From: the human T2T-CHM13v2.0 reference genome, Homo sapiens
Strand: one strand, 5' to 3'
Assembly: GCF_009914755.1 (NCBI RefSeq)
Contig: NC_060928.1
Length of the DNA stretch: 64,000 nt
Positions 56,601 to 64,000 of this stretch are shown here, piece by piece; the stretch's first letter is position 1, and every line of letters begins with the position of its first letter. Below the pieces are notes generated by a model, which made no database searches, was not told the DNA's origin, and was given only the letters and a program-made list of their open reading frames with translations. The translations under genes were made by a program, and so were the position numbers.

Positions 56601-56944
56601 ACTTGAAGAGTTACGTTACTGCAAACAAGATTCTTGGTTAAAACTATGAATGTAGACAGTACAGCCTCATGGCCCCAGATTAATCCCATTTATTATAAAT
56701 ATAACATTCAGTTGACATTTTTATCAATGGAATTATTGTGAATTTTATAAACCAACTACAGTAGTAATATAACGTACCAGTGCTATTTTACACATTTTGT
56801 CCCTAAAATAATCCACATTTCATTCAGATAATATCTTGGTAAAGGTGGACCAGCCTCTCTGGCCTTCTCATTATCCTCTTATATTTTAGGTATTTTTATT
56901 TTGTGCCAGATTATGTATATTATTTTCAACTGAAAAAAAAATGA

Positions 56945-57250
<306 letters not shown>

Positions 57251-58024
57251 ACACAGATCAGTGCAGAGAGTATTAAACCAGGCAGAAGATTGAGTTTTAG
57301 ACTAGTAAATTTCCTCAGTGTTTTTGAACTTGCATTTATCCAGCCCTAAAACTGTCCATGGTCTCTGGGGATGCATGTGAAGAATAGTGAAATCATGTTT
57401 AAGAATATTTGGAAATCATTACTTCCTTACAACATTGAACACTATTTTGGCTCAGGAGATAATGAAAGGACCAGTGAGGGTGGTCCACATTTTTCACATT
57501 TAAGATACAAAATGTTTATGACGGATATAGGCAGACACAGTGTTTTGTTTTAAGCTTCTCAGGAATTCTCTTCTTACAAGATTTGCTTTTTAACTGATAA
57601 TAGCCCCATTCCCGGTCACAAAAAAAAATCCCTCCAGACAAGATTCTTCCCAGAGCTATTTTAGCCCTTTTGTACTAATTTACTGTTACTAGCTTTATAA
57701 TAATAAAAATTAGGAAAAGCCCAGAGTCAAAAGGAAACCAATGCAAAGGGAATCTCTACATGAGGGCATCATCAGTCTGAGGCTGACAACCCCCAGACCA
57801 CAATCAGTGATGAAGCAGAAATGGTAATTAAGTATGGAGGTCAGGAAGGCAAAAGACAGAGAAGCCCTAACTTTCAGGCATATATGATTAGAATGGAGGA
57901 GTTGAGAGCAGACATAAAGGGAAGGAAGGTTTGAATGTCTGGGCACATCTACAGGTATTTCTACCAAGCTTGGCTTTGCAACTTATCTTCTACATTCCTA
58001 ATACCACATTAGAAATGTGGCCAA

Positions 58025-58382
<358 letters not shown>

Positions 58383-59075
58383 TTACTATGCTTATCACTA
58401 GTGTTACACAAGATGATTTTAAGTAATACACACATTTTACATTTTAATTTTAGTTGTTATGGGTTTCTTTTTTATGTGTTAGGAAACTAGAACATAAAAC
58501 CCATAATGTCTTAGATGCTCTTTCTTAAGACAGAACTAAAATGTGTTTTTTTAAGGTCCATTCCTTTAAAGAAGAAATCCTGGAAGTAATAGAGGAGGTG
58601 ATATACAGACGTGGAAAAAAATCATAAATGGTCTTTGAATAAGTTAGGTTTTGGAAAAGCTGTGTCGTGTGGCTGATATTAACAAACGTTTGTTTTCTTG
58701 CTCCTCTTTCTCTCTCTATGTTCTATTATGAGTAGGGGTCCTAAGGTGCGACACATTGCAGTAAAGGTGCTCAAGTGAACATGGCATTCAGCACTTGGTC
58801 CTTTCCCGTTCCTGGCAAGAGGTCATCTGCTGCCTGATGGGAAGCCCACCACTGCTTGGCCCCTCTACAGAAAATGCTTGACACTTTTTCACCCCATACC
58901 TTTTATGGTACAAAGAGTCAGAGTTTATAGTACAATTCACAAAGAGTCAGAGTTTTAACTGTTTCTTTACATTCTTATATTTGGAAGGAATCTCTCCTTA
59001 AATGCTGCTTTCATTGAAAAGAAAAAGAAAAGGAAACAGGCACCAGGTTACAAGAGGTTAAGAAAAGGAAAAGGC

Positions 59076-59424
<349 letters not shown>

Positions 59425-60199
59425 TGAAAAGGCACAGGAAGAAGGCTGAAGTAAGGAATGTTGCATCCTTATATATTAGAACATCATATGAAGGCAGAGG
59501 TTTTTAAACATATTTAAAACTATTTTGGCTATTTATTCTATAATCACTCATTCCTTTATTCTCTCAATTCCAGCAGGGAAAATGAAACTTTATCTCACTC
59601 CAAAACGGTTCTTAAAATTGCATTACTTTTTTTTTCCTTAAGAACGTGGAACTTATTTAACTTGAGGGATCTATCAGTTTAAGGCCAAAAATATGTCTCA
59701 CAAGTTTTCCTCATGCATGCCAGGATTTGTGGTAAAGTCTAATAGGGAAGTCCACCTTGGCCTCATGAACAGATAATGTGAGAGTCACATAAAGGAAGAA
59801 TTAGAGGTTGGAGTTCTCAGGGAAGAGAGAGACTTCAAACACAATCTTCTTAAAATATGGCATGTTTTTAAAAGAGTGTGGGCCCATGAGCCTCCCAACT
59901 TTAACAAGTAGTCGCAGACTGTCCCAATCCACTGTCCTTCCTGATAAACTCTCTTGTAATCAGAGAAGTCTATCAGGAGGCAATTTTGGCTAAAGCAAAG
60001 GAACGGCCAACAGATCTAGTTAACCTTGGTCGCAACCAGTATCAGGCTCTCCTCTCTCTCATAGAGTAACTGAGAACGCAGGTGAGAGGCAATGAGACAA
60101 CGATGGGTACAGAGCTGTAAGACATACCTATTAATTATTACTATGTAAAAAGTACAGAGGCAGGGCTGTGTGAAATACAGATTTGTAAAAGGAGTAGGT

Positions 60200-60720
60200 A
60201 AAGCTTTTATTGTGCAAACTATGAGTCAAGCACAATATTAAGTAATTTTCATATTACAGCTTATTTGAGACTAACAATAAATGTGTGAGGTAGGTATTAT
60301 ATAGATGAGGAAAATCAGATGCAAAGATGCTAACTACCTTGCCTAAAGTCATATAATGAAATCAAAAAGGAGGGGATGGTGATGGAAGTGGGTGGATCTT
60401 AAGCCTGTCCAACTCCCCAATTCTCAAGTGTTTGATTCGCTTCTCTGTATCTGCTTGTTGTTTTTGCTATTATTTATCGAGTCCTTACTATATATCAGGT
60501 ATTACACTAAATACTTACATGGATTTTATTAGTCAACCTTCACAGCAACCCTATTACATAGGTACTGTTGATTTCAGAATGCGATAGATGATAGAACTGA
60601 GGCACAGAAAAGGTACGTTACTTACTAGAGGTCATATAGCTAGCCAGTGGTGGATCTAGGACTTGAATCCAGGCAGTTTGATTACAGGGTCCAGACTCTA
60701 TAACAACAATATCTGCCTTT
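60200..60720 (-). mobile_element. Two MIR fragments
   Basis: gtgaggtaggtattat...agatgaggaaaat; cacagcaaccctat...aactgaggcacagaaa...ggacttgaatccaggcagtttga. Confidence 0.75.
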
Positions 60721-60799
60721 TTTGCATTGTTGTGTCTGACTCCAAAATATTTTTGAGAAGATACAAGAACCTGAGACTACACTGAGCACTGGTGCTAAC

Positions 60800-60800
<1 letters not shown>

Positions 60801-60829
<29 letters not shown>
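60801..60829 (+). repeat. (CA)n microsatellite
   Basis: Direct reading. Confidence 0.95.
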
Positions 60830-60830
<1 letters not shown>

Positions 60831-63049
60831 GCGTGAACTGTTATCCTGATAAGTATAATAGGAAATCAGGAGACAGTAACTGGCTGTAGCATGAAGTAGC
60901 TAGGGAATTCTATTGTCCTCATTAAAATGATTCAATTTTGAAAATCATCTGATTCAGTAGATCTTAATATTCACTATGATTAAGATATCTTAATTCAATG
61001 AATCTTATTATTTTGGATTCATAGGTCAGACAAATTAGACAAGCAAAATGTGGTTAGCTGTCCTAAAACTACCTCTTTTTTTGCTAAATAAGTTAAAAAC
61101 ATTAATTGTTACTCTCAATATCATTGTGTAAAAAGAAACACGATATAAATTTAAATTTGTGAAAAACTATGTACCCTGCAAATATATTACACTATTGGAA
61201 GGGTGAAAATGATGCCAAAGATCACACTGGCTCACAAACTCGCACTTGAGAACCATGGTTCTAGTTGCAAACAATAGCAGACATTTATTGAGCATCTACG
61301 TGACAGGAGCATTGTATACATTATGCTGAATCGTTATCATAACTCTACAAAGTAGATATCATTACCCCTGCATAAGAGATTGGGAATTTGAGTTTCAGAG
61401 AATTTGATTGTCATGACCAGAGCTGCCCCTCACCTAGTAAGGGGCTCTATCTAAACACAAATCCTTCTAACTTCAAAGCTTATGTTCTTTCTCTTGCTTG
61501 TGTTGCCAATCAAAAATTTGGTACTGCAGAGAGTTACGCTCCTATACCATCAATGAGTTTATAATTTTCAAATAGTTAGAACACACTGTATCCTGAATAT
61601 ATGGTAAACATTCTAAAAACAAAAATACATGTTGAATGTGCCACCTATTAATCGACTGCAGATACTCAAATCTATGTATGAAGCCATGGTGTCATCACGA
61701 GAACAAGATTCTTTGTTTAGTGATCATCAATTAGTACCTCACCACCAGGAGGCTGTTTGGCTTCTGCCCAGTAGCTAAGCTGATGTCTAACACAAGCCAA
61801 GCCTCTAAGAGGAGGGGTGTTTTAGGAAATGAAGACTCTGGGTGCATGGAAGTGCTGGAAGCATGTGGGAAGACCCAGCCAAATCCATTTAAATCTTTGA
61901 CGTATTCTATTTTAAAATATCCTGTTCATATATTCCAGAATATATGTATGAGATGAAAAGGAACTTAGAGCCCAGTCAAACCCACCACTTTAACATTTCA
62001 CAGAGGGCAAAATTGAGACCCAAAGGGATTCAGTGACATCCCCAAATCACCCAGCCAGTCAGAGCATTAAAGGATTAGAATATGAGAATTACTCAATCCC
62101 ATGCCAGGAATACCGGTCCTTGCAGAGGGTAAGTTCTGGGAAACTTTTACTTGTTATGTAAGAAAGAAATACTGTAAAAGACAGGCTTCCTAGAGATTGG
62201 TAAGGGAACAACTGTTTAAATTACAGTACTCAGAGCACAGTCTCCAACTCCAGAAAACCACTCTTGGGAAAGAGGGTCCCTTTCAAGCCACTAACGCTGG
62301 GGTTAAATGTATAATGTTTAGGCTAGAATATATTTTTTTTGCATTTGAAGTTGCTTGGAAACTGACTTTTAGGATGATATTATAAACATGAATGTTCTAA
62401 TTAATATAATTACTTTTTTATGACTTAGATTTTTAGGATCTCATCATTTAATTTAATCATTTAATGAGGTTATCATTAAAAATACCAGTTAAACATCTAT
62501 TAAATATGCAGAGGTTCTGCTTAATGAAGTCTGGCTAGTAATTGAGTGCATGCTCACAATAACCTGATATTTTCTCTCTAGTTTTTTAGTGAAAGCACCT
62601 ACTGCAATACTTGGCATGTGGCAGATACATAATGGATTTTGATTTCTCTCTTCCTTTTCCCTTAGGAGCACACGTGACTATTTTTGACATGGGCAGGAGC
62701 ATGCATATGTGATGTATGTATATGTGCATGTGTATGTGTGTGTATCTATTGATGGAGAATTGAGGACATGACTGCTACAAAAGCCCAGGCCCCAAAGGAC
62801 CTGCTTTATGGCAACCCTATCAGTGGTGGTAGTGAAATGATAACCAGAATCCCCATCAGACACTTTACCTGTGCACTGTCAGTCCTGTTCTATAACCTGC
62901 AGTAACACGTGTCTCCCCACCCACAGACCAGCCCCAGTCCTAACCATAGCTAACTATAGAAGGACCCTGAAACCAATGTCATCGGCCAAATCCCTTCTCC
63001 CTTTAAAGTAGTGATTCTTCTCTGGAGGGAAAGACCAATTAGACTTAGC

Positions 63050-63210
63050 TAGGGTGGTGCTTCTCAAACTTAATATGCATATACATTCCTTGAGGGTCTT
63101 GTGAAGAGGCAAATTCTGATGTTTTAGGTCTAAGATGGGGTCTGAGATTCTGCGTTTCTAACTGGCTTCCAGGTAATGACAAATGCTGCTGGTTCATAGA
63201 CCACACTGCG
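63050..63210. mobile_element. MER5A1/B-like MITE
   Basis: gtgcttctcaaacttaatatgcat...gggtcttgtg...attctgat...ggtct...gagattctgcgtttctaac...tgctgctggttcatagaccacact. Confidence 0.8.
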
Positions 63211-63676
63211 GGGACCGCAGGAAGGATCTAGGAAGTAACTGCAAACTCTGTATTGCTGCCCAAGGCCACCTCCTTTTACTGCAGTCATGAGTTCTTATAC
63301 CGGTGGAGTGTGTTAAATCTTTCTGGTGAGTTAGAAAAGAAAATCATTTATAATGAGAAAGCTATAGAGTTGGAGTGAGAATAAAAACAGAAGCATGGGA
63401 GAGAGGGAGAAAAGGGGAGAGAAGGAGTGGGGAAGACAGAAAAGGCGAAGTGTGAGTTTTTAGGTCTTTAGAGACATTCATAGTCAGTTCTTATATGACA
63501 GCATCCATTTTGCAGTTTTCTTCCCCCTAGAGTATTTTTCAAATCCTCATATTACAATTTTTATAACTAAATGTATTTCTGAAATTCCATTTCTAAGTAT
63601 CCACCATACAATAGACAATTATGTAAGGTTCTCTCCCACACCCTAGCCGCTAAGAAAATCAACAACTACTAACCTA

Positions 63677-64000
63677 TATCAAGAAAAAATTTCAACAAAC
63701 TGAGATTAAAGATCTAATTGGTTTTTATTAATGATTCATGAATTGGGCAACACTGCATCCGTAAAAAAGTCAGTGCTCCATTGAGCATGGCGGAACAGTT
63801 GGTTTTTATAAGGCAGCTTAAGCAGGGACAAGGAAATAGAATAATACTAAAAGCGGGTTGGTTAATAGCAGGTTAGTTTCTTGTAAGGGTTAAAGCTGGC
63901 ATACTCTGCTGGCTCAGGTTAACTGGGCCCTTTCCAATTGTTTGCTATGAATCTCCTGTTTTTACAAAAACAAACTAGTCTGTTGAAGGATTTTCCTGCT
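63677..64000 (-). mobile_element. ERV1-class LTR (MER67-like), cut by the window end
   Basis: aaaatttcaacaaactgagattaaagatctaattggtttttattaatgattcatgaattgggcaacac...ggtttttataagg resembles reverse MER67/MER4-group LTRs; subfamily tentative. Confidence 0.6.

Noticed and set aside
60046-60087. Possible 17 nt micro-exon (ctctctcatAG agtaactgagaacgcag GTGAGA)
   Set aside because: The signals are plausible but not frame-preserving, and no host gene is visible. Chance occurrence in 64 kb is likely.

Overview
Primate (human-like) non-coding DNA: AT-rich, CpG-depleted and dominated by interspersed repeats. It holds about 17 Alu elements or Alu composites, several old L1 fragments (one is a ~5.4 kb 5'-truncated L1MA-like copy carrying four nested Alus), MaLR/ERV solo LTRs (MLT1B, MLT1E, THE1, MER67-like), hAT-type DNA transposon relics (MER45, MER91, MER53, MER63, MER5), MIR/L2 remnants and microsatellites. 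I find no credible protein-coding exon, RNA gene, CpG island or CRISPR array, and I cannot identify the locus. The ORF track is Alu, L1, microsatellite or chance ORFs. The most unusual structure is an ~830 bp Alu-capped AT-rich palindrome (26776-27605). An old FRAM/AluJ-type monomer has been copied in inverted orientation into its own AT-rich tail (164/165 identity over the outer arms). It is followed by a perfect 53 bp-arm hairpin and further small palindromes, all between the original target-site duplication. This resembles a PATRR-like cruciform-prone locus. A second theme is several short ungapped local duplications copied over 1-2.3 kb, often at repeat breakpoints. Subfamily names come from recalled consensus sequences and need RepeatMasker/Dfam confirmation. 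I do not see evidence for a new multi-gene biological system.
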